Source: the human T2T-CHM13v2.0 reference genome, Homo sapiens. Taken from it: DNA of 64,000 nt. Both the position numbers and the translations under genes were made by a program. The stretch lies in the NCBI RefSeq assembly GCF_009914755.1, contig NC_060933.1; one strand, 5' to 3'. The notes beneath the pieces were generated by a model. That model saw only the letters and a program-made list of their open reading frames with translations, did no database searches and was not told where the DNA came from. Below, in pieces: positions 26,984 to 41,131 of this stretch (positions within the stretch are counted from its first letter, which is position 1; each line of letters begins with the position of its first letter).

Positions 26984-27872
26984 TGTCTTAAGGCAGTTAA
27001 TACTGGTAGATTTACTGTGAGCACAAACTAAATACTCACTAACTTTGTTTAAAAATACAGAATTGCTATAGGGTCAAAGAGAAAAAATCTTCACATGCAT
27101 AAAATGTAAGGCAACTTTACTAGAAAATCAAACCTTTTTAATCTTTGACTACAAGGTGTTACACAAAGTAAAACTAGTTTGATTAGTCATAATTGTTAAT
27201 AGTTCATATTAATGAGAAACCTACATACCTAGAGAGACAATAGTATCTCAAATTCCCATGCCTAAATGGTACTTCCAAAGTCAGACTTCATGACATTGCA
27301 ACTTGAACTTAATCAAAAATGATTAAGATCCATGTTTCAGAAAATAGAAGGAAAGCTATGTGCATTTTCCTCCTAGAGGTATTAAAATAAGAAGATCCCT
27401 ATTAAAGCTTTAATAATTACGTAAAAAATTAATCCCTAAACAATAAGTTAGAGACAAAATGTAGTTTTATACAGTAACTTTTAAACATGTTTTAGTGGGG
27501 TTTTTATTTTCATAATTTACACACACATTACCATATTCTCTAAATACTTTATGATCCAACACTTTATAAATTCAGCGTTATTTCCAGTTATAGTTGCTGT
27601 CACATTTGTGTCATTTCCACAGATATTTCCCCCTGAATGTCCCAACATTATTTTTGCACTTAATGTTGGTTTATGGGATTGTAGAAATAAAAGAAAATTC
27701 ATACATCTCACTGTTTTTCATGTTTATTTGCTTTTCATTTTGGCTGACTTCCCTGGGAGCCAGAGGAGAGAAAGAAGTGGCAAGGGAGATAAGAGGATTA
27801 TGTCCCTGATGGTAGAGAAAGAAAGAAAGAAGACAAATAAATACAACGAGGTGGCAATGGGAAGTAACGCAG

Positions 27873-28225
27873 TGATATGGTTTGTCTCTGTGTCCCCACC
27901 CAAACCTCATCTTGTAGCTCCCATAATTCCTATGTGTTATGGGAGGGACCCAGTGATAGACGATTGAATTATGGGGGCAGGTTTTTCCCATGCTGTTCTC
28001 ATGATAGTGAATAGGTCTCACAAGACCTGATGGCTTTAAAATGGGAGGTGCCCTGTGCAAGCCCTCTCTCTTGCCTGCTGCCATGTGAAATGTGCCTTTC
28101 ACTTTCTGCCATGATTAGGAGACCTCCCCAGCCATGTGGAACTGTAAGTCCAATAAACCTCTTTCTTTCTTAAATTGCCCATTCTCAGGTATGTCTTTAT
28201 CAGCAGCGTGGAAACGGACTAATAC
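27873..28225 (+). mobile_element. THE1 (A/B) solo LTR
   Basis: 'tgatatggtttg...cggactaataca'; about 353 bp. Confidence 0.95.
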
Positions 28226-29279
28226 ATACAGAGTGGAGGCAAGCAGTAAGGGTTAAAGTGTCAAGAGGAGGCTCTCAGTCAACGTTTTTTGGGGTGATCC
28301 TAAGAAATTTGTAAACAATTATGCCTCATACTTAAGAACATACATAAAAATTACGAATTATTACCATTCTACAACCTCTAAGTTAGGAAGTTTTGGCAGC
28401 ACTTATTGAAGAAAAACTTGGAAAAGAAACTTAGGGAATGGGCGAAAATGAGCTATTCACCAAAACAAGAAATGTTACTTTTCCAACATGGATCGTGTTA
28501 AACATTAGTTCTACAGAATGTCAAAGGGTACATATAGCAAAAAAAAAAAAAAATAAAAAAAATAAAGCGAGAAACCAAAATGATAGATTATCTGACCAAA
28601 TTAATTTGGAGATTGTAGGTTAAGCAAAATAAAAGTTTCCGTACCAGACAAATTATGAGAACCATGAAAAAGAGAGTCATTCTAAATGTCCATCATGAGG
28701 TTGCTTGAGAGATGTGAGTTCTTTAGAATACACTTTTGGACGTGCCTTCTTTAAACTAATGGCATGCTCTTCTCTCATGAGGTGAGAAATTGTTTGGAAG
28801 AGTTTGGGTAGCTCAAAAATCTTGTGTCATCCACTGGGAATAAAAAGATGACTAAAATATGACCCCTGTACATAAGCTTCTTATGCACAGAGGTGATATT
28901 TTATCTTTTTTTTAGCAATATTGATACTAGATTTCCACTCAAATGCAGTTTTATAGTCTGTTATAGGGAATTCATATTTACCTAAGGGGTCAGTAATACG
29001 TAGTAGCCTAGAAGTTTGATCCCCTAAATCAGACAGTGAAGGCCTACTGCTTCTCTGCTCCTTCAATTTCAAGCAAAGATGTTTCTTCTGCAGATCTTAT
29101 ATATCTTAAGTCAGCAAATTTGACCTGCATTTCAAAATCTTCAACACCAGGTAAGTGACTAAAAGTGATTTTGAGACATCTATGCTTTTATCTCCCATCC
29201 TATACTTGCACTGGGAAGGAGATAGAAAAAAAAGGTTACAGCCATTAATCACTAAAGACAAGATCCAGTGATTGTTCAC

Positions 29280-29417
29280 CTTGTGAAAAGTAAACTTAGT
29301 TCTCTTTTGTGTTGTGGTCAGCATGCTCTCCATAACATAAAAAGACATCATTGTACTTGATTTTTTTCCATGAGTAACAGGTATGTTAGTTCTCAGCGTC
29401 TCTTCTTGTTTCAAGAT
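29280..29417 (-). other. Candidate 138-nt exon
   Basis: Minus strand reads tttaaactctttctcgtggttcctatag|ATCTTG...CACAAG|gtgaac; open in one frame. Confidence 0.2.
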
Positions 29418-31209
29418 CTATAGGAACCACGAGAAAGAGTTTAAATTTTGACCCGGTAATAGCCAAGATCGGACCTCAAAATGTCCCTTCCTTGAAGCTG
29501 GTTTGATACCATTAGGCAAAAGCACACTGCCTGAGTAATTACTCTGTCTGACAGGAGCAAAGGATGGTCACTGGCCAGCTATAAGTTAGGTAAAGAAACT
29601 TATCTGAAATTTTATTTATGACACAGATTTAGAAATCATTTCTTTTAAAATTTTATTGCATTTTTTCCAACACATTTTCCTATTGGTTTGTCTTATGAGA
29701 AGCACTAATGTTAAGGAATTTCTTTCTTGTTCCTACAATTAGACAATATATTAATTTTCCTACCATAAATGCAGTTGTCTTGCATTTTAAGGTCTGGTAA
29801 CAAATATCATACAGAGCTACCTATGAATTCAAGTACATTTAGGTGACGGCATCACAGTCTATAGATGGCAGGGCCTGCAATAAGCTAGAAAATGACTGCT
29901 ACATTTGAAAAAAATAAAATAAATAAATAAAGCGCTTAAATATTTTCCTCTAAACACAATTAGAGACACATGCATACATCTGCCAATTAATAAAAATGTT
30001 GATTTTGATGTTAATGTACAAAAATCACCACACCTAAATCTGTCATAAATTTGTCTAAAATGAATATTAAGATGGGACCTCAGCTTTCATTCTAGTTACT
30101 GTACTTTTCATATTCTATTTAAATCAAAGTACTTAGTATGTATTATCTGAGGATTATGATACCTTTAGCACAGCATAAAGTGAACATTTATTGTTTTAAA
30201 GCATTAACTTTAGGAGGCGGGAAATGAAGAATCTGATAAAAGTGACTATAAAAAAGTAAAAAAGCAAGTGACTTCCTTCAAGATTCAGTTTAGGGTAATG
30301 AAATATGTGCCATGTATGTTCTCTGACCCTTTACTCATCTATATAACCAAATTTTAAATTAACCACAATAATTTTATAAGACAGCTGAACAGTTTCTACA
30401 CTTTTGAACTCCTGCCAAGACAAGATGTACTGGAACCAAATTTCGCAATGTCAGAAAGCCTAGAAAGTCTTTATAAAGCTTAGATTAACATCAGATCAAA
30501 TTTGGACTCTTAAAAGGGGCTTGGCTATTTTCAAGCTTTTCCCAAAATGATATTTAGCAAGAGACAAGCAATAATCCCTCTTTAAGCTTAATCTCAGATT
30601 TAAAATCCTTTGATCAATCAACAAACACTTATTGAACACAAAATATTTTAGTTACACAGGAGAAAATAAAATCTAAGTCAAAGGAAAAAATAGATAATTT
30701 TTTATCACTTCAATTCTGGAACTATAGGCTATATGTTGGTTCACTTCCCCAAGTATATGCTCCAAGAAGCACAAAGGTTCAGGGAAGAAACTGTTTATAT
30801 GTTTTACTATATATATAAAATAATATGTGGAATAAGATATATGCATAAGTATACATATTTATATGTGTATAATCATATGTAAATAGGTATAAATATATAT
30901 AATTATGAGGTAAAAATGTTTGTATACTGGCATCCACATCTTTTCTAAAAAATATTTGATTATAAAACAATATGCCATACCAAAATTCAGTGCTACAAAA
31001 GTTTTTCATTTGTCAGAAATGTAATTGTTTATGTTATCATTTGTAATACCTACCAACTAATTGAATTAGAGGGCTACATAGGGGTCTTTGAACAAGATGA
31101 AGTTTAGTATTGTCCATATAGCAATATCAAATTACTTAAAATTAACAGAAAAACAAAACATCCTATTAATTAAATAACATGTTCAATTGATTAAATAACA
31201 TGCTCAAAA

Positions 31210-31690
31210 CAGTCTATTTTGGACAACCCTTATGTGACCAGCACTATGCTAGGCACTTTCATGTGAACATTATAAATTAGCCTTCACAATCACACTAAAA
31301 GTCCACTATCACTATTCAAATTTTTAGACATGAATCTCTACCTTTCACAGATAAAAATTAAGTAAATCAAGGTCATATGGCTAAATAGTAGGTCCTCTAA
31401 AATAAGAGACTAACCTCTTTCCATTCTTTTTTTTTTTTAATTTTTTTCCTAGTGAGTAGGATTATCAGATCGAGGTTAAGAGTTGGGCTCTGTATCTTCA
31501 TTTCGAGTTATGTGATTTACAACAAGTTGCTTAGCTCTGTTTTCTAATCTTCACAATGGATAATACAATAAAATCCACATTATATGAATGAGCTTGTGTA
31601 ATGTGAATGACAGTACCTGTATAATAAATCACACAGAACATCACAGAGCACATGGCAACCACCCAATAAAAGTTAGCTAATATTACTACA
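31210..31690. mobile_element. Two MIR fragments (- then +)
   Basis: 'gcactatgctaggcactttcatg' and 'ggttaagagttgggctctg...caataaaagttagcta'. Confidence 0.55.
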
Positions 31691-31724
31691 AGTTCACTCT
31701 GTGATCCTTAGTGAGTCACTTTGA

Positions 31725-32705
31725 ACAGATTATAGTTTCCTAATATGGCCTTAGCAGTAGTCCACTTGCTCATATCGCAATGTGACCTTGCAACTTCTCC
31801 ATAATATGATCTCTTATTTGTGGAATCTGAAAAAGTTGAACTCATAGAAATAGTAGAATGATGGTTACCAGAGGCTGAGAGGGTGGGTTAGGGAAAGGGG
31901 AAATGTTGGTTTCAGGGTTAGAATTTCTGGTGATCCATTGCAGAGTAAGGTGGCTATAATTAATAATAATGTATTGTATATTTCAAAGTTTCTAAAAGAG
32001 TAGTTTGTAAACATACGCACCACAAAAAATAGTAAGTGTGTGAATTGATGGGTATGTTAATTAGCCTGATTTGCTCATTCTACCAATGTATACATGTATT
32101 CAAACATCATTTTGTACCCCACAGATATATACAATTACTATTTGTCAATTAAGAATAAAAATAATTTTTTAAACTAAAAAAGAGAGAGAGAGAGAACCTA
32201 TGTCTTCTTTCTTTGAAGCTGCATGAAACTTTGTGACAGCCTCAATCAATACAGCACGATGGACATGAAATGGTGTGTTCTGCAAAGTTAGATCACAAAA
32301 TGCAATAGTGTCTGTGTGCCACTCCTTCATCTCCATCTCTATCTCTTCTTGCTGTTGGAATCCAGTCACCATGCTGTGAGTAATCACAGGCCACAAGTAG
32401 AGGTTATGTGTACACTTTCAAGCCAACAACTCCAGATAGGCTTCCAGCCAGCTGCCATCATCAACTGCCAAGCTAAAGCCTTTGAAGTAACACCAGCCTC
32501 CTCCATTGTCTCCCCCATTTTCATGAGAAACCCTGAGGGAAAGCCACCGAGCCCAACCCAGTCACTCCCAGAGTAATAAGAGATATTATTATTCTGATAT
32601 TATATATTATGTATTAATGATATTATATATTAATGAGTGATCAGTATTGTTTTAAGAAACTGTTTGGGGATGATTTGTTACATAGCGATAGATAAATTAG
32701 CATAA
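31725..32705 (+). mobile_element. MLT1 (G/H/I-like) LTR interrupted by L1MA
   Basis: 'caatgtgaccttgcaacttctcca' resumes after the L1 as 'actttgtgacagcc...ttgttttaag...gatttgttacatagcgatagataa'. Confidence 0.7.
31804..32180 (+). mobile_element. L1MA-type 3' end
   Basis: 'gtggaatctgaaaaagttgaactcatagaa...tggttaccagaggctg...tatttgtcaattaagaataaaa'. Confidence 0.88.
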
Positions 32706-32771
32706 TCACCAAGATTTCTTTTTCATTATTTTTTACTTAAAAAAGCCAAATTAAATATATTTCAGAATTAG

Positions 32772-33109
<338 letters not shown>

Positions 33110-35204
33110 ACGTATTTTATTTTATTTTTTCTAAATGAATAGACCTTTTAAGGATACAGAGCTTCACAGTTAAATTTGATGATTAAAAAAATTTCTGATA
33201 TGTAGAAATAAAGGGGGTGACCCATCACTACTCTGATGTCTGGCATACGATTATGAACAAAAGTGACAAATATGTATCTTAAGGGACTGTGGGTCTTCAC
33301 AGAATGGAATCCTTCTTCCTAAGGCCAAGAGAAGAGTATTTCCATCAGTAATTGCCATAGTACCAGCAATTTTATGCTCTTCCTCTTATGGGGCCAGCTG
33401 AAGAAAGTTCTGACTCTTTTAATAAAGAAGACAAGGCATGCAGTAGCTAAATTGCCCAGAAACTTTGATGGTAAACATCCACTCAGCGGCTCAGCTGCTC
33501 AGGAATATGTAACCAAACAACTCTTTTAACGCATAAAACTAAAAGCCAATTCTCCTCCAATTAAAACATAGTACATGTCTGAATTCAAGATGCTAATTAT
33601 AATTGAGTTTCATCGCTCAGCTTTATTTATAAGGGCTGGAGGCTTTCAACTGTTTCAAGAAAAATCTGTTGGACGAAGGAAGAAAAATCTCTCAGAGTGG
33701 CATTTGCTTGGGTAGTATCAGCCCATTCTATAAAGAGAAGTTTACTGCATTAAATACATTGATGAAAAAAATGATTTTTTAAAATATAGAGCTATATGTA
33801 TATTGCAATAGGCAAACTCTAATTTTCACAGGGAATGAAATGCTTTTATTCATTGGCTATATGGAACTGTAGTTCTTCATCAGGAAAGAAGCCCATGATA
33901 ACTCTGTGAAGTAGAATGATGTAGAATATCACTCTTGCCAGCAATGCAGCTTTTTTAAAAAGAAAAATATCCAAAAACAAAATTTTAAATAAGATTAAAC
34001 AACCCTAATTCTATAGCAATACATATGTAATTATGTTGAAAATAATAACACATTTCCCCGTAATCTTAAAGAAAGCACGTTTTCTGAGCAAATTTTGCAA
34101 AAGGAGCTATCTAGCTAATCATCATACTGTCCGCAGAGAACAAGTCAACTCATAATCACATACTTTCTCTTCCTCCAGTTTTAAATTTTTGTTTATTTAC
34201 CTTTTATCATTTATAAGTGGATATTTATTGTAAGTTGGCAAATCATCTGTGGGTGCATGCATATAAAAGTAAGTAACTGAATGTATAAGTTATTTAAAAT
34301 CCAAAAGTAATAACTGTAAGGCTTTGATTTACCAAGATTGCTTAATAGTGTTTTGGATTTTTCCCCTGGTAATAAACAATATGAATTACATAATAAAATA
34401 TATTTGTTTAATATTTGGGCCAACTTTTTATTATTCACAGTGCATGTCCTAGTTTGTCAAATAGGCAAGACTTTATCTATTTTTTCTTGTTGCCAGGCTG
34501 ATGGCCATCTCGGTGTGCATGATGTAACATCTTCAGTAGATGGCAAAGGAATAAAGCATAAAAACGATTTAGCCCCATCAGCTATTTAGAGGAAGGCTGT
34601 GCTCAGTGACAATCGAGATGACTGAAGACTTTTAATTATCTTTGCAGTCCTCACATTACAAATAGAGTAAAAGATTCCCAAAAGGAAGGGGATCCTTTTG
34701 ACTGCCAGATGTGGGAAGGAAAGAATGAGATTAGAGGATATCCTTCTAAACACATACCCTGACATGATTTTCTGTCCTGCTCAGGGGTCACAAAGACTCA
34801 AATGTGGACAGAATTTCTATAAGCTATGCTTATCATCTGTATTTACTCTGGCGGGTGCCTGTCTCCCAGGAGACTCATGATAAGCAGCAATAATTGCAGT
34901 GTCTTGTAGACAAAAGGATCAAATCTCTGTTCTCTGATGACTTTTAAGAAATCCAAATATATATTACAATTTTTTCACTTGCTTCTTATGTGCTGTATAA
35001 AATCTCTTGCTTTTTGAAATCCTGGTAGCTTCAATATATGTTTAGAAAACATGGCTTTGTAGATATGATGCAAAGAAAAGGAAGAGGACAATAACAACAA
35101 CAATTAGCAAGAATGTTTAATTTGCCAAGTATAGTACAGAGTGTTTTACATCTGGCTCTGCTAACCTCAAAGAGTTGCTCTTTCACATGAGGTGATTTAA
35201 AATA

Positions 35205-36584
35205 GGGTCAAGTGTTGCTTAAGGAGGGGGATACATTCTGAGAAATGCATTATTAGGCAATTTATTCTCTATGTGAACATCATAGAGTGCTTTTACACAA
35301 ACCTAGACGGTACAGCCTACTACACACCTAGGCTATACAGTATAGCCTACCTATTGCTCCGAGGCTACAAACCTGTATAGCATGTTAATACTGAATGCCA
35401 TAAGCAATTATAACACAATAGTAAGTGTTTGTGCATCTAAACATATTTAAACACAGAAAAGGTACAATATAAATACAGTATAAAAGATAAAAGTGATACA
35501 CCTGCATAAGGCACTTAGCATGAATGGAGGCTATAGGACTGGAAGTTGATCTAGGTGAGAGGTGCGCGAATATAAAGGCCTAGGACATTACACTACTATA
35601 GATTTTATAAACACTGTATGCTTAGGCTACAGAAAATGTATATAAAAATATTTTTATTTCTTCAATAATAAACTTAGCTTACTATAACTTTTTGACTTTA
35701 TAAACTTTTAAGTTTTTTAAACTTTTTAGTTTTTAGATTAGCACTAAGCTTAAAACATAAACACATTGTGCAGCTGTACAAAAATTTCTTTTTAAATATC
35801 CTTATTCTATACAGTTTAAGAATTTTTTAGTCATTATTACTATTATTTACTTTTAAAACTGTTTTGAAAAACTAAGACACAAACACACATCGTAGCCTAG
35901 ACCAGGGATTCATAACCCCCAGGCCCGGACTGGTACTGCTCTAGTACCTGTCCTTGGCGTGTTAGGAACCAGGTTGCACAGAAGGAGGTGAGCAGCAGGT
36001 GAGCGAGCACTACTGCCTGAGCTCCACCTCCTGTCAGTTCAGCAGCAGCATTAGATTATCACAGGAGTGCAAACACTACTGTAAACTGCATATGTGAGGA
36101 GTCTAGGTGTGTGCTCTTTATAAGAATTTAATGCCTGATGATCTGTGGTGGAACAGTTTCATCCTGAAACCAACCCACCCTCTCCCATTGCCCTCAGTTT
36201 GTGGAAAAATTGTATTCCACAAAACCAGTCCCTGGTGCCAAAAAGGTTGGGGGCTGCTGGCCTAGACCTCTACAGGGTCAGTATCATCAATATCTTTGTC
36301 TTCCATCTCCACATCTTGTCCCACTGGAAGGTCTTCGGGGGTAATAACACACATGCAGCTGTCACTTTGATAACAATGCCTTTCTCTGGAATAACTCCTG
36401 AGGGACCTGCTTGAATTACAGCTTTTTTTTTTTTTAATAAGTAGGAGTACACTCTAACATAATAAAAATACAGTATACTATATAAAAAGTGATGGAAAAT
36501 TTTAGCTCCATTATAATCTTATGGGACCATTGGGGTATATGTGGTCCATCACTGAGTGAAATGTCATTATGTGGCACTTAACTG
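35205..36584 (+). mobile_element. Tigger3-family (Tigger3b/Golem) DNA transposon
   Basis: 'ggggatacattctgagaaatgca...cctactacacacctaggcta'; end 'gtcattatgtggcacttaactg'; TA on both flanks. Confidence 0.88.
35903..36259 (+). mobile_element. MER1B hAT-Charlie element nested in Tigger3
   Basis: MER1B body; perfect 8-bp TSD gcctagac (35895-35902 and 36260-36267). Confidence 0.92.
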
Positions 36585-36799
36585 TAATTTTGTCAAGTGG
36601 TTTTTTATTATTTCCTTTGAGCTATCCTTGCCTTACACTTTGTGTCAATGATTTGAGAAATTCAACTAATCAGTTATCAGATAACTGACCAAGTCTCCGT
36701 CCCATTAAAGTCTTAAGTGACTGCCTTTGCCACTAACGTGTAGGATAAAATTTTATCTGTTCTACCTGCTTCTCTAGGCTCAGTATTCATCATGTGTCT

Positions 36800-37180
36800 T
36801 TTGAAAATGGCAGGTTTCCTCCTGCCACATCATCTTTGCACATGGTGTTTCCCCTGCAAGGAATTCTAGCCCTATCCCACCCACTTCTTATAAATACTCT
36901 ATTTACTTAACTCCTGTTGGTTCTTCACATCTTAGTTCCATCACTTCCTCTACCATTCTTTCTTCATAATGTTCAAATTATGATAAATATCCCATTATAT
37001 ACTCTATATATCAATACATTTCAGGCCATGGAGCACATATATCTGATTGAATTTTGGTTAGAATCTGTTTCCTCCTCAAGACTGAAGGCTCCCTAAGTAC
37101 AGACAAAAAATGTTAATTTTTCTTCACTGAGTTGAGTGGCTGGCATAATGCTCAGTAAATGTTAATAAGATAAGAAGATA
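36800..37180 (+). mobile_element. L2 3' fragment
   Basis: 'ctttgcacatggtgtttccc...gactgaaggctcc...tggcataatgctcagtaaatgtt'. Confidence 0.6.
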
Positions 37181-37689
37181 AATTAATGACTGAAGAACTT
37201 AACATATACTGGTTTTAGACACGTTTTTGCTTCTCAATTAACTGCCTGTGATACAAGGAGAAAAGGTTGCCTATATCTGGTCCTAAACAATTTGCCTATA
37301 TCTGCTCCACAGCATAACATTACTTTGCTTGCTCCACTCAAATCTTTATGTAATTATGTACTTGACCTCTAACTGGAGAGGAGGTACTGGTAGAGAAAGG
37401 CTCCCAGGGGCTATGGCAAACCAGGGGCATCCTTCTGAGCAAAATTGCTAGGCAAAGAGTCAAAATCACCATCAGAGAGAAAAATTCATAGCCAGGAGGT
37501 AAACAGTATGCATCATATCCAATTGATTAGGCAAGCACAGAAATAAAAGAGTAATGATAAGAATATCACAGAATATTACAAAGGGTACAATTTGGGCTGA
37601 CTTCCTAAATCAAAATGATTTATATGGTGCCATATACATTTCATCCTTTGCTTCCTCTCTGTTAGAATAGCTGTAATATCTGAGAGGAG

Positions 37690-38210
37690 AGACATCTGAC
37701 CCCACCTGGACCAGTCAGGCGCTCAACCCACTAACCACCTCAACTGGTCTATGCATGGGCATAGACCAACGTAGGCCAAGCTGAATCCTCCTCTGAAAAT
37801 TTAAAAACTCAGAATAAGGTAAATGGGCTAAATAATACAAGGCCAACTAAAATGTTAAGATGCTAATGGTCATATGCATTCATCATATTAGAAAAACTAA
37901 AATAAAACAAAATAACACCCTTTCTGTGGCAGAAAATAATGAAACAAGCATTCATAGAGAGAAGAAAGCGGGTGTGTGTTATGTGCAAAAACAAAATAAA
38001 GGAAGGGAAGGAGAAGGTAGGTGGCAGGGGCAGGAAGCTTGTGGGGAGAAGGGGGCAGGAAGGTGGTGGAGAGAAAGTGAGTCAGTCGGTAGATTTCAAT
38101 TTTCCTTAATTCTAGCCATCCTTCAGCCAATTCCACTCCTGGTCTTCCAAAGATTGGATGTATTATCCCAACAGATATCCTTTCTCGTCTAAACTAGTTG
38201 TAGTTGGGTT
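37690..38210 (+). mobile_element. Old MLT1 (J/K-like) fragments
   Basis: 'catgggcatagaccaa...ggccaa' and 'tctaaactagttgtagttgggtt'. Confidence 0.35.
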
Positions 38211-38996
38211 AAGAGAGTACAGAAAGACTGGGTAGAATTCAAACATTAATTGAGGTAGTGATTCAGAACTCAGGTTTGACACATTTCTGCTTAGGCAGCC
38301 CTCTACTTCCCCGTGCATGGTCATGGGAGCTGAGGGCTTTTGGGAGGGTGAAAAATGTTGCATTAATGTGGTCTCACCAGGTTGCACCATGAGAAGGGAT
38401 GAAGGTAGAATATTATAACATAAGAGAACAGAGGAACATAGGCTTATAAGAGGCTATCTTGCCATAATATCTCGGAGTGCTGACTACTAATAATGTGTTT
38501 AGATCATAATGAAACTTGATTAAATTTATGTAAGCAATTGAGGTATTTTTACATGTACACTTTCATTTAGCAATTCTTGTAAAAATCAATGAAAAGTAAT
38601 AATTTTATCCACAATAGTGGCAAGCCAACAATCATCTGAATACTCACTGCTGTATCTTTATCTGTACCTACATCTTTTTTGGTATTGCCTATAGAAATAC
38701 CAAATTTGTATGGAGTATACATATAGGCACTAGAGTGTGGTTTCAGGTTTCAGTCAGGTATCGTTTTGTATCTCTCTCTCTTTCTCTCTCTTTCTTTCAA
38801 ATCCTAAGGAAAAACAAGTGGTTAAAAATTCAGAGTAGGGGAAACAACTGAATACACTATCGTTTTTATTTTTTATACTTAATTTATAATTCAATACAAC
38901 CATTTACTGTATGGTGGAGAATGGATTTGTGCAAACAAAATATGATAAATTCAACTTTAAAACAGTATTGTTGAACTTATTTGTTTATAATTTTAA

Positions 38997-39350
<354 letters not shown>

Positions 39351-39874
39351 GGTATCTGTTTCTTATGTGTAGTGATTGACGTTCTTTTTCTTCCTCACCA
39401 ATATGTGGTCATCATTTGATTGCTGACTTCCCCTTCATATGGAAGCCAGGGATAATGACATTGCTTATACAAAGGCCCCAAAGGCCTCTACTCCTATTCT
39501 TGACCCTCTAGACTTAAGAAATCCTCCAAATAGGAGTCGCTGCTGTTTTACACCTTTAGGATCAGCCCAAGACAGTTCCTGACGCAATATGAACCAAGTG
39601 GAAAAAGTGTCAGTGGTGATGATTTTTTTTTCAATCGATTAATTCACACAGTTTTTCTATAATTTTCCTTTAAACTGTCATCATTTTGGCCTAGTTAATA
39701 AAAAGTGGGTATCAACTTTAGTTCCTCAACAAATACTCCTGTTTATTGAATTATAAAACAGTCCAGAAGCTCAGCTTTTGTAGCATAGGCCCTGATGATC
39801 TGCCTGGTTCCTGTTAGCTCCGTTTTGCACACACTCAGGTCTTGATTTCCAAAGTCCCAGGCAGAGAATCTACT

Positions 39875-39888
39875 GTGTGACGTCACAC
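39875..39888. promoter_or_regulatory. Full CRE within a 14-bp perfect palindrome
   Basis: GTGTGACGTCACAC. Confidence 0.35.
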
Positions 39889-40971
39889 TTTTGAAGATGG
39901 CCTCCTGCATGAACTCCCTCTGTCATACTGACCCCACCAGAGTGGATATGCACAAGCATCAGGCCCGTTTCAACCACACTCCCTTTCACAGTGGAGCTGA
40001 GTTCATCTCAGGTTCTGAGACAGTCCACACCACTCTCTGCCTCCGGCTAGTCCTTTGTGGTGGTTGTATCTGCAGGCCTCATTTTGAAGCTCCCTACTAC
40101 ACTAAAACAATCTTAGGATATATTTATACTAAAAAAAATTGTTTATCTGAAATCAACATTTAACCATGTTCCCTGTGGTATTATGTGTTAAATGTGGAAA
40201 CCGTAAATGTGACTAGACTGTTTCTTAGACCCTATATCATCCCCAGGGAAGTCATGTCCAGAATGTGGGTCAGTACCAAATACACAGAACCCCTTGGGCA
40301 GTTTCAGAACCTTACCCGGCCCAAGAAAACACAGAGATATAATGTTAAATTTCACAGTCTTGTCCTAATTATATCCTTTTATCAGTAACTCACACTCAAG
40401 TTTTACAGAAGACTTTTGTGTACTCCAGGTCTCAGTTTTTTTTGTCAACAGATACAGAGTTTCCCATAGGTAATCTCAAAAGGGTCTTCCAAGTCAACAT
40501 TTTACGCATTCCAACTAAGATGTATTTCTCCCTCAAACCTCAGCATTTCTGAATAGAAAACTTGATTTTATCTTGTGATCCTAAATCCTTAGATCCCATA
40601 TTTCCATGTCCTCAAGAATTGAGCTCCTTAAGAATGTCTAAATCTGTAGTCATGCAGTAGTGTGGTAGTGAATGTCACTACAGGGTGATACTTATCCTGA
40701 TGACATGAGAATATTCTACATTCCTCAAGTTTTTTTGACAGAGAAAGAGCATGCAAGTTCCCATTAACATAATTAACAAAAGGGAGATTGTACTTACACT
40801 TGTAAATTTCCTTTTAGGGCAACATTGTTCTGCACATGATTACAAGTCCCTACTAATAGCCTTGTTTGTCCCTTGCCAGCAGTTTAGAATAGAAACTAAA
40901 AATTTAAGCGTGATTTTCTTGCTGCTCTTTCTAATTCTTGTATAGTCAAGGGAATTATATTATTTAGGGCA

Positions 40972-41131
40972 TATATACATGTGTGTGTGTATATATATAT
41001 GTGTGTATATATATGTATATATATGTGTATATATGTATATATGTGTGTATATATATTATATATGTGTATATATATTATATATGTGTATATATATTATATA
41101 TATGTGTGTATATATATATAGAGAGAGAGAG
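40972..41131. repeat. (TA/TG)n then (GA)n microsatellite
   Basis: Direct reading. Confidence 0.95.
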
